A stretch of 63,493 nt of DNA, filler included, from Lenisia limosa (Eukaryota; Protista; Breviatea), in NCBI GenBank assembly GCA_001655205.1. It is 10 parts of 10 records of this genome, joined end to end, with 100 filler letters (N's around TTAATTAATTAA, not from the genome) between each part and the next. Parts side by side here need not be neighbours in the genome. Positions count along the whole stretch, not along the records: positions 1 to 5,871 come from LPNZ01001967.1; positions 5,972 to 7,836 come from LPNZ01007880.1; positions 7,937 to 10,490 come from LPNZ01006693.1; positions 10,591 to 39,822 come from LPNZ01010250.1; 6 more parts are not named here. One strand, written 5' to 3'. How positions within the stretch are numbered: the stretch's first letter is position 1; the number at the start of each line of letters is the position of its first letter. A model generated the notes under the pieces. That model did not search any database. It saw nothing but the letters and a program-made list of their open reading frames with translations, and was not told the origin of the DNA. The position numbers were made by a program, and so were the translations under genes. Below are positions 1-13,600 of the stretch, in pieces.

Positions 1-179
1 AAAAAGGGTGTTATTGAAGCGATTTATGTCGATTTTTGGCTTGTTCGCGGTTTTAATCATCTTCGCGGTTTTAACCACCAACCTATATGTATATAACTAG
101 TATATACATGTAAACATTTGCATGAAAGAGCTCCATTCGACGATGATGATATTAACATGTAAGAACCCATCCTTGAAAC

Positions 180-3100
180 CTGAGAAAGAGAAGACGAAGG
201 TGACGATGATTGGTCCGGGGTTTTGCGGTCGTAGAACAACAGATACGCATTGTTGTACATTTGTCGCCTTGAGTCTGGGGGGGTACCAAACCACTACGTG
301 TCAGAGGGGATGCGAAATAGGACAAGAGAATTGCTAAACACAAGAGGCATAACAGTTTCACATAGAGCCATCAAAAACAATCAAATGCAAGCAAAACTGT
401 TCCTTGTTGGAATGAGCGGAGAGGGATGATTGTTTTCCAGGCCAGCGAAAGCCATTTGAAGACAGAGGTCAAGGCCAGACATACCTCGTATTCGGCGCCT
501 TCAATGTCCCATTCTGATACTTCCCGGTCGTTGTACTTGATCCACCGAGCTGGGGGAGGGGGGGTGTGAAGAGTGGCTTTAGTCCAGGAAAAGTAGAAAA
601 GCGCGTGGAAAGGCACATGGAAGGATAAAAAGGTTGAGAAAACTCTGCCTCTCAGCAACAAAGACATAGCCCTCACGTGTTGGACTGCGTTTGAACTCTC
701 CGGTGTCACGGACAAACGAATAGTAATGCCCTAAGGAGTTTAGTCAATATGGACTCATATCAATAGGGATTCATTCTGGTCCCGAAAGGTATCGTAAAGT
801 AACTTCACCAGTCTTTTTTTGGACCATAGAAAAGTCCTTGTTATTATTACCTAAGGGCATACCAGAGTTGGCAGCTCCAGTATGTACCACCACGCCGGAA
901 AGGTCGTAGTCGGTGGGTCCTGGGGGTGGGAAGGTCACACTCAAGCAAGAAGAGCCCAACAGTTGCATGTGTTTATGAAACAAGCAAGAAGAGCCCAACA
1001 GTTACATGTGTTTATGAAACAAGCAAGAAGAGCCCAACAGTTGCATGTGTTTATGAAACAAGCAAGAAGAGCCCAACAGTTGCATGTGCTTATGAAACAA
1101 GCAAGAAGAGCCCAATAGTTGCATGTGCTTATGATCCGCAAACCGTCATCCAAGTCCTCGGGGTTGGGACATCTGTCTGGCGTGGCCATAATGGACGAGG
1201 CGTTAAGCTCAATGGGGAATGGTAGGTGCGAGTTGATCTGGGGGAGGTCAAATGGCTGTGGTACGCATGAATGTCACACATATACATTGTAACGTTGCTA
1301 CAGAACACTAAATCGTTGTGTACCTTGATTTTTTGATAGCTCTGGTAGTCAAACTCAAGCCTACAGTGTCAGTATGGAGAAACAGCCCGTTTTATCATGC
1401 CTCAGATGCTTTCATATGATATGTATGGTATGTAGGGCTTCCTTACGGTCCCAAAATAGACTGATTCTCTCGATTAATCGTCGATAAATATCGAAATTTA
1501 ACCAGTCTTTTTCGGACCGTAGGGAAGACCTAATAGTAAGTGAACCAATGAAATAGTACCTCTGCGACGTATCCCAACCTTTTGAGCTGGACAATAAGTC
1601 TTTTTGGCAGCTGGATGACTCGACTGTACTTCTCTGCTCGAACGTATTTGTCGCAGTCCTCACATTTCCTGGGAGTTAGAAAGCTCACTCCATAAGACAG
1701 CAAACGTTTAGATATCAGATTGAAATCAAGCCTGAGCTAATATGATATCACACGATATGTAGAGGTGTGAAGGGGATGAGGGATGGAACTAGCCAAGTAT
1801 GTGGTCAAGCGTACCATTTGTTGTCTCCTTCAAGCCATTCGGAACGGATGTAGTTGTCGAATGACTCTTGCAGACTGTCCTAATATGGTAAGAGGACTTT
1901 CCTAATATGGTGAGAGTATTTCCAAATATGGTAAGATGACTTTCCTAATATGGTAAGAGGACTTTCCTAATATAGTAAATGATGTGGGATTCAAATATTG
2001 CCAGAAGAGTTCTTTTTAAACAATCCATCATTGTGACGGAAGCTGCACCTGTTCAAAATTCATGAGCTTTACTATAAAACAGTTTCCTTATCTCGCCGTG
2101 AAAGCAATAAAAATGATCGACGCCAACCGAGTCTTTGATGTCGACATTGAGGGTGACAAAGTCTTCAAAGCCTGCAGAAGAGTGCTGACATTCGTCTGAG
2201 GAGATACAGTGCAGCATCTTGCCGCCAAAGGTGTCCTTGAATATCATGGGAGTACTGCGTCATATGCGAAGCAATATGGGAATATCATATACTATATATG
2301 TACTTGTATAGTATGCTTAGTCGCATACCCCTCCCTCATCACTGATATTGAGTATGATAATTTGGGGGTCATGGATCGAGTCCACCCACCTTGACCAACG
2401 AGGCTTCCGGGGTGTCCTTGAGGGCCGATTCGATCTTCTCCAGCACGCCCGTAAGGAACTCCTGTGCATCCATTTGAAGGTACGGGTCAATGGGATTCTT
2501 GTCAAAGTCCAGATACTCCTGGAGGATTATTTTCTGACTTAACATATATTTGGGGACTGAAGGGAGGCAACGGACTATTGTGTTTAGTGTGTCATGGCAA
2601 AGTCCTTACCTTGTGAAGCCCAGTTGCCACGGTTGACGATGAAATGGAGGCCTGTTTTGTGAGACAAAAGGCAGCAACAGCAATGTAACAAGAGAAATAA
2701 GGCAATAAGAGAAATAAGGTAATAAGAGAAATAAGAGAAGTAAGAGAAGTAAGAGAAGTAAGAGAAGTAAGAGAAAACAAAGAAGCAAGATAAGTAAGAG
2801 AAGCACACCATGAGAGAAGCGAAGATCCACTGGAGCTGTTTGACTGCTTTCCTGTCCTCTGTGTTCTCCAGCTCTGGTGGTTGTGTTTCGGCATCAGCCG
2901 GGTCATCAGAGGGGGCCTCCTGGGGGGTCAAACAAAACCTCTTGACAAAGGATATCACGTGACATGGCATGGAAATAATATGCATGTGACCGGGTAGCCA
3001 ACATGCTAAAAATCTCAGCTTAAGATTGTACACCACGGCTGTTCAAGAGTGGAGCCGAGGTGGGTTGCCAGAATCAGGCTCTTACCTCAAGGTAAGTGAT

Positions 3101-5760
3101 GGGGTCGTCAATGTGACCGAATAGTTCCGGGGGAGGGGCCTGGGGACTCTGGAGGTCCACTGACAACAGCGATCTAATTGGTCAGACATTTGGCCACAAA
3201 TAATTCAGCCAATCCTTAGCCTTCCTTTTAAGAGCCCACCTTGCGAAAGTAGGAGTGAAGAAGAGCTGCTGCAGCACACTATTGAGGTAGCACGTGCACC
3301 CAGTATTGACTAGTCCGCCTCCAACTGTCGAGTTCGCCTGAAGGGGTCATGTTGCAATTCAATATTTGATTATGACGATCTTTGATCAGACTATGTGATA
3401 TGGCGTGTCAAATCAGTGCCGACCTTCAACTGCTCAGAGGTTTGGACGTCTTCGGGCGCCTTCTCGAAGAACTGAACTGCCACCTTCAACAAGTATCTGG
3501 GGGGGGGGGGGNNNNNNNNNNNNNNNNNNNNNNNNNNNNNNNNNNNNNNNNNNNNNNNNNNNNNNNNNNNNNNNNNNNNNNNNNNNNNNATAAAGGCCTT
3601 CACATCACCCCACTTGGAGGCTTCAACATCGTAGGTGACGAGAGAGGCCAGCAGCTCCATAGCCAGACTGGTGGACTCACCGGACTTGAAGATCGGTGTT
3701 GGTGCCGCAGGGATGTCCTATAGGAAGTTAATGGCTGAGACAACAGATTCCATCCACATCTTCCTACGCTCCCCCCTCGTCAATGCACACGCCGGCACCA
3801 AGGCATCATAACCCACGCCGCCAAGCTCACCTTGCCGTTCTCGTGGGCCCAGATTGCTTGCATGGGGTATGTCAATGAGCAATCCACGAGTCCTTTGCTG
3901 TAGGAGACGTCAAAGGGTTTGGTGATATTAATGAACATTACGAAGCACTGAAACAATTGCTGTAAGGTTGCAGGCCTACTTTATGACGAAATGGATGATA
4001 TTGGAAAAGTCAACGGTTTCCTGGTCGAGCCTGAAACTGTCAAACAAGACAAAACAAACAAGACAGCCAAGAGGCACTAATAAGACGAATGATACAAACG
4101 AGGCACCGAAAAACGCACCCTTCCACGAGAGCCAGGCCGGACTTGAGAGCGTGCTGGTGGCCCTTGTCCTGATCATTCTCTTGGCCCAAAGACATGATGA
4201 AAGTCTCAAAGTGCGGCTTGGCGGTCAGATTACAGACAATGACATGGATGGGAAACGTTCGAGGATTGTATCCAATAAAAACCAAGCGCCATGATTAGGG
4301 CTTCACTTCGGTTCGAAAAATACAGGTATAATATCAATAATCGAGAATTTTTCGAGAAATTCAGTCTTTTTTGGAACCGAAGTGAAACCCTAGTCATGAC
4401 AAGCAGCGAGTTAGCCCTGTTATTGATCGTGGTTCAGCCCCTACCCAGATCTGTTTAGAGACGGCCGAGAGCGATGTGCGGTACATCCCAATCTCCGAGT
4501 GCTCAGTTCTCAGTCGACTACGAAATGAGACGGGGAGGGAATAGTCAGGTAGCTCACATAGACTCATTGAGACATTTGTTGAGATGATGCGGGAAGCGGT
4601 TCCATCGTATCATTGTTGAGCCAAGGGACGAAAGCTGGCCGCCAAGCATTTTCGCCATGGAAAGATACAGGCCACAAGCGAACTAGAATCAATTAGACGT
4701 CTTGTCAGCCTTACGATGGGTTACTTGTACAGATTTCTATGCTGGAACCTCATACCTGGGGGTTGACGGTCTCAATGGACTTCTTGATGACCGCGTCCAG
4801 CTCCTTGGACACCGTCGTCAGACTGTGGATGGTTCTACGTGTTAGAGGAGGGGTCATGCCAAAGACTCTATTGCTTCTATGCAATACAAGGGAAAAGTTG
4901 TATATTATATGTAATATATATATATCATATATATTATATGTATGGCAATGAGAAAAAAATAAGGTTGCATCTGGCCGAAGCCGTCCTAACAGATCGGCTC
5001 TCAAGAAAGAGTCGTCAGCCCACTTGGTGAAGGCCGTGGCTTCTGTCGAAATGGGGCGACCCAGAATGGCTAACAGGTCTTCTTCGGAGCGGCAAGCTAG
5101 GATCTCCCTGGAGTGTGAGATTAGTCCTTTCTCCCTGTAAGAATAGAGAGTGTCTGACCCCCAAGAAGAACAGGGGAGAGGGGCCATTGTCTCCATTTAA
5201 TTGCTTCATTGAATTGCTTCATTTATGGTGGTGTTTTGCGAATGTAACAATTGAAAGTACTGAACCTCCTTCCCCCTGCAAATGCCCCAAAAGCTGACCG
5301 AGCGTGGGGGACGAACTGGTACAAAACTGCAGGACCCGGGACGAGGGAGTGGACAATATTCAAGGCGGCTGGGAAGGCGGGGAAGAAGTGGTGATCCTTC
5401 TTCTTCATGTCCTCAAAAGCTGAGGCGTTATTGCTGCATCTAAAACGGCCAAGCCCACCCATGGTGCTGATTGTTGGTAAGACCTTAGCACAAGTCGCTG
5501 CGTAGGCTTCCATGTCATCCGCCGGTCCTGCAATGGTGAGTATGGCAACTAAGACTGGAGGAATATTCAACAACTTAAGCCATTGCAATGCCCACCATTG
5601 AGATCTGAGGCTTGCCTGGAGGCAGCAAGCAAATGCTGTAACATGCCGTAGTGTACGTTGACCAGAAGACTGTTGGGTGTTGAGTGGTGCGAACATTCGA
5701 CAAAGGCTTTCTCCAAAGTGTGGCATACTCGGTGCTGGCGGCGGGTGAATGCGGCAGTAT
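180..5760 (-). CDS. Ubiquitin C-terminal hydrolase (peptidase C19, USP9X/USP24/USP34-like), multi-exon, partial
   Basis: Spliced exons give the Cys box GLVNTGCTCYLNSVLQQLF (Cys codon 3290-3292), QMDAQEFL, KCEDC...LPKRLIVQLKRLEFDY, the His box YDLSGVVVHTGAANSGHYYSFV, WIKYND and NAYLLFYDR. GT-AG exons mapped at 180-293, 485-549, 677-730, 863-919, 1144-1237 and 1324-1360. Confidence 0.93.
942..1135. repeat. 39-bp minisatellite, 5 copies, in a USP intron
   Basis: Unit caagcaagaagagcccaacagttgcatgtgtttatgaaa repeated head-to-tail with no spacers. Confidence 0.95.
1433..1532. mobile_element. hAT-type MITE (family M, subfamily 2)
   Basis: TIRs tagggcttccttacggtccc / cggaccgtagggaagaccta; flanks atggtatg / atagtaag (6/8 match as an 8-bp TSD). 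Confidence 0.8.
1875..1975. repeat. ~22-bp tandem repeat that copies a 3' splice site
   Basis: Unit cctaatatggtaagaggacttt; on the minus strand each unit contains ttaccatattag|GA, the acceptor of the DSLQESF exon. Confidence 0.8.
2690..2800. repeat. 9-bp tandem repeat (agagaaRta)n, intronic
   Basis: Directly visible. Confidence 0.9.
4296..4392. mobile_element. hAT-type MITE (family M)
   Basis: TIRs tagggcttcacttcggttcgaaaaa / ttttttggaaccgaagtgaaacccta; flanks gccatgat / gtcatgac (6/8). Confidence 0.88.
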
Positions 5761-5871
5761 GAATAAAGGGCATATAAGTGAACTGCTGGTTATAAAGAAC
5801 ATATAAGTGAACTGCTAGTTATAAAGGGTATATAAGTTATAAGAGATAAAGAATGGAAATTCAAGATCAAT

Positions 5872-5971
5872 NNNNNNNNNNNNNNNNNNNNNNNNNNNNN
5901 NNNNNNNNNNNNNNNTTAATTAATTAANNNNNNNNNNNNNNNNNNNNNNNNNNNNNNNNNNNNNNNNNNNN
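5872..5971. other. Artificial contig spacer (44N-TTAATTAATTAA-44N); also at 7837-7936, 10491-10590, 39823-39922, 45671-45770, 48601-48700, 51233-51332, 60040-60139, 62139-62238
   Basis: The same 100-bp structure with a six-frame stop linker occurs nine times. Confidence 0.97.
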
Positions 5972-7646
5972 CGACTCCCCTATGACATTCTCAATTCTCT
6001 ACATGCAACTGTTGCGCTCTCTCGATCCAGGGATCAAGTCCTGAAGGTACTGTTTTTTTTTTTGTGTTTTTTTTTACTATATTTTTTTTGCAATTAATGT
6101 TAACTTTTTAATCAATTAATATTCATTTTTCATGTCATGTTGTTAGTGAAATGGTACCTCATATCCACCTGTTTGATTGAGATAACCGACACATCTCAGC
6201 GAACATATGATCTTATTTCGGGCTCATCTAAAAAGGGGGTGGTGTTAAAAAATAAAATGTGATAAAATGTGGTATTTTTATAAACAAAATTAAAAATTTT
6301 TGTGCAATCGGAAAGTTGATCTTCTGATCTGGACAATGTTAACTCGAAAGTCGTTCGGAGTCCATTTTCAGCTCATCTAAAGTGGGGTTTTATTTTCAGC
6401 GTCTGTAGTTTAAACTATCAAAAAACGTGATAAAGGTGGTATCAATTAAAAAATAAAAGGTTGATTATGTGCAAATGAAACGTTTTTTCTAAATGCCGCC
6501 CCATGTTGAGACAAGTCCCATTTTCCTCACCATATCCAGTTTGCTATTCGCGCATACCACGAAGACAACCATCGCGGCAAGTGGACTACTGCAGAGGAGG
6601 CTGAGCTTCTGAGGTGGGGGAGGGGTGTTGGTGAAGGAGATGAAGAAGATGATGATGACGATGGTGATGAGTGATGATGACGATGGTAAGATTATTCGAT
6701 CTCAAAAAGTTGACCTGAACAATTTTTTTAGGATTATTTTATGCTTGATTTCTGATAACACAGGTTGCATGAAGCCCATGGTCCGAAGTGGAAGAAAATC
6801 GGAGGTGGGGGGCAACAAAGTGTAAAAAAATTTAAACAACAAAAAAAAAAGCCCAAACAACAGTAAATTGAAATCTACTGTATTTTTGGCTTAGATTTCC
6901 AGTCATATGTTTATTTTTAGCCATATTGCCATATGTTTGTTAGCTTATAATTTAACTATATTTTTGTTAGCTTATAATTTAGCTTGCTTAAAATTTAGCT
7001 ATATTTTTGTTTGCTTTTAATTTAGCCATATGTTTGTTAGCTTAAAATTTCAGCTGTATTGAAGCGTTTCCCTAAGTCAGTCAAGGAAAAGTACCTAGCA
7101 TTGTCGCTATGCAAGAAGAGTGGGGGGGGGGGGNNNNNNNNNNNNNNNNNNNNNNNNNNNNNNNNNNNNNNNNNNNNNNNNNNNNNNNNNNNNNNNNNNN
7201 NNNNNNNNNNNNNNNNNNNNNNNNNNNNNNNNNNNNNACGTTTATAAGAGATATTGGATTATAGTATCTGGCGGAAGCCGTCCACACCATCAAGCTTATA
7301 AGAGATATTGGATTTTTGTATCTGGCGGAAGCCATCACGCTTATAAGAGATATTGGATTATAATAATAATAGTGGGGGAAGGTAAAAATGGAGGAGGGGG
7401 GGGGGGCACTGTNNNNNNNNNNNNNNNNNNNNNNNNNNNNNNNNNNNNNNNNNNNNNNNNNNNNNNNNNNNNNNNNNNNNNNNNNNNNNNNNNNNNNNNN
7501 NNNNNNNNNNNNNNNNNNNNNNNNNNNNNNNNNNNNNNNNNNNNNNNNNNNNNNNNNNNNNNNNNNNNNNNNNNNNNNNNNNNNNNNNNNNNNNNNNNNN
7601 NNNNNNNATGCGTTTGGAGGAACTGTGCTCTGATCCAAAAAACAGA
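5972..7646 (+). CDS. Myb/SANT-repeat DNA-binding protein (Reb1/TTF1/DMTF1-like), internal fragment
   Basis: Spliced exons read ...RSRDQVLK|FAIRAYHEDNHRGKWTTAEEAELLR|LHEAHGPKWKKIG|AVLKRFPKSVKEKYL, with Myb tryptophan spacing. Confidence 0.8.
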
Positions 7647-7936
7647 GTTGGTGGGAAGAAATGTCAACTTAAAAAAATGACCTCGTATTGTTTTGGAACG
7701 ACTGTATTGGAACAGAAAGCTGTTGTAAGGCAAATGATTGTATGAATTGGTATATTGGGGAGGCACACAGAAAGCTGTGTTTTGAAAGTTGTAAAGCAAA
7801 TTATTGGGTGAATAAATATGCTGGAGCTGTGTGTACNNNNNNNNNNNNNNNNNNNNNNNNNNNNNNNNNNNNNNNNNNNNTTAATTAATTAANNNNNNNN
7901 NNNNNNNNNNNNNNNNNNNNNNNNNNNNNNNNNNNN

Positions 7937-9110
7937 CTTTTGAATATGCTCGCTTAGCTTCCTCCAAAGTCACCACCTTTCGCTGCTTCATTCCAGAAAT
8001 CTGGACCACTGTTTTGTCCATATTCGTGATGAGAGTGGGGTGGCAGTTCTTGATAGCGTGGGAGAGAGAAGAGATATGCTGCATGATACGTTCAGGAATG
8101 GTGGCATCATGGTGGCACTTCTCGAGTAAGTTGGGGGTCTATATTGTTAAACCTGTTTATGAGCCACAAAAAGCACTAACAATATGGAAGGTAAAGAGCC
8201 ATTTGGTGAACAATATCACCAGGTGGGCTGCTTTGTACTTCGATTAAAATGTGATTAAAATCAGAAGCATACAGAAAGAGGTGAGAGACTGATGACCAAT
8301 GAAAGCAAGAAAGATGGCGTCATCATATTGTTGTTCTTGAAGTTGAACCTTGTTTTCGTAAACTAGCAGATTTTTGAAAGAAACCTAAATCAATAAATAA
8401 AAACACAACCTTTATTCAAGAAGATGACGGCTGAGAATATGCCAGAGAAAATGAAAAGGCTAGGGACTTGCTAATTGATGAATACAGAAATAGCATAATT
8501 ATCCCCTTTGGGCCCGAGGCATCTGTAGTGAACAGTTGTTGCCTCCCTGAGTTGGTCAAATATGTCAACTTTGGTCATTTGTAAGTTGTAGTCAATAACC
8601 TACACGAATTGCCAAGTACTTATCAAGCATATGCCGTGTGAGGTAAGCGGCGTCCACAGTTTTAGGAGGCAAGTAAATGCTGTTGGAATAGCTTGGCTTT
8701 GGCACGGATGGATCCATTATGTGATCTTTGTATTGATTTAACATGTCACAATAAGATCTTTCATTTCATCATTGAAAATCATGTTGATGAAAAAAACTAA
8801 AAATAATAATATGTTTTAAAAAAACCGTCTGTCAACGGACACTTTAGTTTCATTGGTTACATCGAAGGCGGCGGCAAAGATGGCTTCAGCCAGGAAACTA
8901 TATAGTAAACAATAAATAAATAAGAAAAAACAACAAACGCAAGACAGAATAATTAAATACCAGTTCCGTATTCCGAACGGTTGTTGAGGGTTAATCAGGG
9001 CAGGCGAAATTATCTGGGTTTGTCAGCATTCTAAAAACAATGAGCAGAAGGGGACGTGCATTTCAACGAGTACCTAGGTGTTGTTTGGAGCGTTGGCATG
9101 CGGCGCAATG
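7937..9110 (-). CDS. Multi-exon gene fragment, unknown product
   Basis: Series of short GT-AG bounded open exons (e.g. FLAEAIFAAAFDVTNETK, IYLPPKTVDAAYLTRHML, ERIMQHISSLSHAIKNCHP); no motif recognised. Confidence 0.5.
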
Positions 9111-10659
9111 TTCTGGGTTAAAAGCAGCAACAATAATCTTAGGGAAAAAATACTAATCAAAGGGGGAAATACTTAATCAAAAGGAAGAGCAAAAACAATA
9201 AAAGTAAGATTGTAAAACAAAAATAATTCAAGAAAAAATCCTTGTAACTCCCAGGGAAAAGCAAAGCTAATGAAAAACAAAGAAAACCTTAGGGAAAAAA
9301 CAAAGAAAACCTAGTGGAGTGACAATAAGGCCGGGGACCTCCCCGACCAACAACTTTTATGGGCTGAGTGGTAACTGATTTTATGCAACCTTGCAACCAG
9401 TGCTATCGTCTTTATTTCTTTTTTTATTACTATGAATGACCTCTTTTTTTTTTCTTGTAAACCGTTTTTTATTGTTCAGACAGTTATAGATGTTTATTGT
9501 TTTACACAATAATTAAACATCATATCATATGATATAGGCTACTCAATATGACATTTCATTACTACCTACGCCGCCTAATTGTTGTTCGCATTTCAGCATT
9601 TTACTTAACCATATACCATCAGTTGTATATTTTGCATTTCTATTACTTACCCTACCTCAGATCAATACGAAGACGAAGAAGACCATTTTCCACACCTTCC
9701 CTTCCGACTCGACCCGTGTTTCCACCCAGTTGTTTGCCCAAGTCAATGCGGCATATTTGGGCACACCATTGGTTGGCTTAATCATTTAAAACCGTTCCAA
9801 TCCCGCCCACTAGCAATTTTTTTAAATAACTTTTTGAAGTATAAAACAAATCATCTCCGAGCGTCAAAATTATTCAGCTCAAACAATTTGAAATTATTAG
9901 GGCTCTGTGCAATTAAATGAGACATATTGTCATGGGAACGCCATTTCACACTTTAATTTCCAATGTAAAAATTATGTTGTCTCAATTGCATGCATATACA
10001 CATATTTCAACTTCAAATCTTGAAATGTTTTCTCAATATATTTACTGGGTTTTAATAACAGCCCAGTTTCCAAGTGTGCAGATGCAGACCCGGAATACAG
10101 GAGGAAATGCAGCCAAAATGAGTGAGATGTTTTTCGCATATGACATGCACATAGTATATGTATGATGCATAGTGCATGTTCAAATTATGTTTGTTGTATT
10201 ATGGGTGGAAATAATGACACTCAAAGAGTAATAAGAAAAGGCAAGATTAAGTAGAGAACATAAAAGAAGGCACACGACCCTCCAGATTGCATCAATAGAA
10301 GATGGTAGATGTATATGTAATGGTAATTTTAAATTGGGATCTAACAAATGTTGTAATACTGGTTAGTAGCTGTGTAGTTGTCTCTGGTCCAGGTTAATCT
10401 CATAAACTGATAAACTATAACTTCCAACAAGTAACTAATAATATATATCTCATGTAATCTTTGATTTTCATTTATCACCTGATTCATTTTNNNNNNNNNN
10501 NNNNNNNNNNNNNNNNNNNNNNNNNNNNNNNNNNTTAATTAATTAANNNNNNNNNNNNNNNNNNNNNNNNNNNNNNNNNNNNNNNNNNNNTTTGCCTCAA
10601 GATCGGTTGGCCCGGCGGTAATGAACAAACGACCTTCTGCCTCGGGCTATACGATCATT

Positions 10660-13600
10660 ATTACTGCAGCAGAAGTTGCAATGGAATCTCGCTATTCCAA
10701 TGGTTATTAGGACAAAGTCTCAAAAAAAATTTCATAATCAAAGTACCCAGTACCACAAATGAACACCAAAAACCAACCTCAACAGTAGCAGGTTTGCCGT
10801 ATTGGCTTTCACGGTGTTTTTTGGCAGTGCCTGGGGCGGGCTCGGCCACAGAAATGTCGCCGGATGCAAGCAGAATGCTGGCCTGGGGGGGGGGGGGNNN
10901 NNNNNNNNNNNNNNNNNNNNNNNNNNNNNNNNNNNNNNNNNNNNNNNNNNNNNNNNNNNNNNNNNNNNNNNNNNNNNNNNNNNNNNNNNNNNNNNNNNNN
11001 NNNNNNNNNNNNNNTGTAGGGCTTCACTTCGGTTCGAAAAATACCGGTAAAATATCGATATTTTCGATGATTTCTCACGAAATGTAGTCTTTTTTCGAAT
11101 CGAAGTGAAGCCTTAATAGCTATGAATTGATAGGTGACATTGTGCCGCACCATGCATGACATTGAGAGGGCTATTGGGTTACTCGTTGCTGTGACAGACG
11201 GACGTTCGGGCAGTTCCACTGCAAATACCTGCGAGGGTAACAACTGCTGTACTTTCACTTGGTAGCATCCACCCAACCCAGAACAAATGTGACAGAAAAG
11301 TAAAAACAAAAAAAAACGGAAGCTTTGGAAAAATAAAAGAATAATTCTATTATCGTATAACATCCAAAGGGGTACCAGAGTTCCTTCCGATTCCGCTGCT
11401 TTGACCTCGGTGCACCATAATTTCGATGAGCCGCCAGAATAAACCTTGAAAGTAACGACCGTGCTTATCTTTCCGGGGCAACCTATTTCATGTTCCAATG
11501 GTATCCAGAGAAGACTTTAAGTAGTCTCTGGATTCCATACTAATGGAATAAAGTTCACACACATACTTCTCTTTCTGTCCATTCACTTGAGGTGTTGTCA
11601 GCAAAAATGACCGAACTCAAAACCCTGAAACAAGTCAGAAGCCAGAAACAAGTCATAAAGAAGTCGGAAAGAAGTCGGAAAGAAGCCAGAAAGAAGTCAG
11701 TACAGAAAGAAGTCGGGAAGAACAAAGCAGAAAGCCGGAAATGGTGTAACATGTGGTTTAATGAGGAGTGTCCCTTTTGGTTAAGACTGTTTTGAAAAGC
11801 TCTCCCCTTGATGTGTTATTCGAAATTTCTTCGTTCCCACCTCCCTTCACTCCCTTCACTCCCTCTCTATCTCCTCACCATCCCTCCACTATCGCCATTT
11901 GCCCACTTTGGAGGAGGGACCTCGAGACCAAACTCCAAATCTGCTGACAATGGTCGACTGTTGTCAAAGGTTAGTGGGAATAGGGGGGGGTGTAAAATGG
12001 GATTGTTTTTTTTTAAAAAAAGCCCCTAATCAATGAGTATTTGAAAACCTTGTTTACTGGCTCACCTTGGGGTGTCGAATGTGGTGTTGACAACGGACAT
12101 GCGTACTGAAGGTTGCGCCAAGTTGGGGAGCTAGAAGAGTGGGTGAGGATAGGGGAAGAATGGTATTGGAGTGTATTGAGATTGAGATGGTAGCGTTCTT
12201 TTGTACCTTGTTTAACTATAGGGCTTAAGCTCAATAATACGATGCCATTCTACACAATATATGTCATTATTTGCGTATTATAAATATCATACGAGATGCC
12301 TACATCGCTTGATGATATTTTGAAGTCTGAGCCGACAGAACTCAGAGAATCGCCCCTTCGATGGCGTGTCATTGACCCTTGTCGCGAGTGCCCGGTCTAG
12401 ATGGTCATGTGACAAAGTGAAACACCCCGGTAATCAGAGGATGAAGGAAAATACATCCGTTGTTATCTCTGATTGGATCTTTATATTTGTAAATATTACG
12501 TTCACTCCCCCCCCCCCCCNNNNNNNNNNNNNNNNNNNNNNNNNNNNNNNNNNNNNNNNNNNNNNNNNNNNNNNNNNNNNNNNNNNNNNNNNNNNNCATC
12601 ATACAGCAAATTCGTCCCCTTGGCCAAAGCCGAATCGAATGGCCACTCTCTTAGCTGCCAGTTGTCCTGAGGCCTGGCAGGGGTACCTCAAACTGACCAG
12701 GGCATAGCGTCCCGGACCGCTCGGCGGTACAGTTTCTGGGTGGTAGGTAAGGGATGGCTCTACTGGTTCTCCCATAAAGAGTGGGGCTGTGCAGCCCAAT
12801 TGCACTGACTGAATATCTCTGATACAAGGCTATATATGGAGATGAGAAATAAAACAAGGTTGTATGTGGCCAAAGAAACCCAAACCATTATGCTAATAAG
12901 ATACATTGGATGTAAAATCCTTGCAAAAGTATCGCAATGAATCCCTTGATAAACAAAAAAGCCTTATAACTGATTGCTGTTATTAAAGGCAGCCCACTAG
13001 GTACAGCAAGATAGAGTATTGGTGCTGAGGAGGTGTGGGCCACCGTGACTGTCAGGGGGCAGAAGGCTGTCGTTTGGAGGTGCAGATTACCCTATTTCAT
13101 GAGATAAGAATAACCACACAGACATAGATACTTTCCAGTCATTAGGGTTTGAGTTATCCTTATGCCACCTCAGGCATAAAAGAGAGTTTCTGTGCGTTCA
13201 AAATGGAAATATGGCTTGAAGAATGTTCTAACTTCCCTCTCCACCTGTGTAATTGAGACACCTTCGGTTTCGTAAACTCCAGGACTGGTCAGAGCTGTGG
13301 ACTGAATTGTAAGTAAATAAATAAAAACCTTTTTGCAAGCAATAGTCCTCATGAGTTCCTCAGAATTAATGTAGTCTCTTAGTCTTGAAAACCCACCAAA
13401 GTGAAGATGTTTTCGCCTGGCTGGAGGGTAGGGTTGTCCAGTGTCATGATTGCCATTGCTTGGGTGGGAGCTTTTTGGGTCACATGGCTCCAGTTTTTGT
13501 TGGCCACAGGCAGAGACCGACGGGTCTGTTTGGTGGTGAACAGGAAGATAAAAGGATTACTTGCTGTTAGCGCTACCACGTGAAGTCCAAATACTAACAG

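Noticed and set aside
942-1135. CRISPR-like array (39-bp repeats)
   Set aside because: No unique spacers, eukaryotic intron, no cas genes; it is a simple minisatellite.
9300-9350. Helitron 3' end (minus-strand hairpin ggtcggggaggtccccggcc followed by CTAG)
   Set aside because: CTAG is followed by G rather than T, no 5' TC end or second copy is seen, and it could be chance.
9660-9788. Isolated plus-strand terminal exon (INTKTKKTIFHTFP...)
   Set aside because: No upstream exons could be linked and there is no motif; too weak to call.
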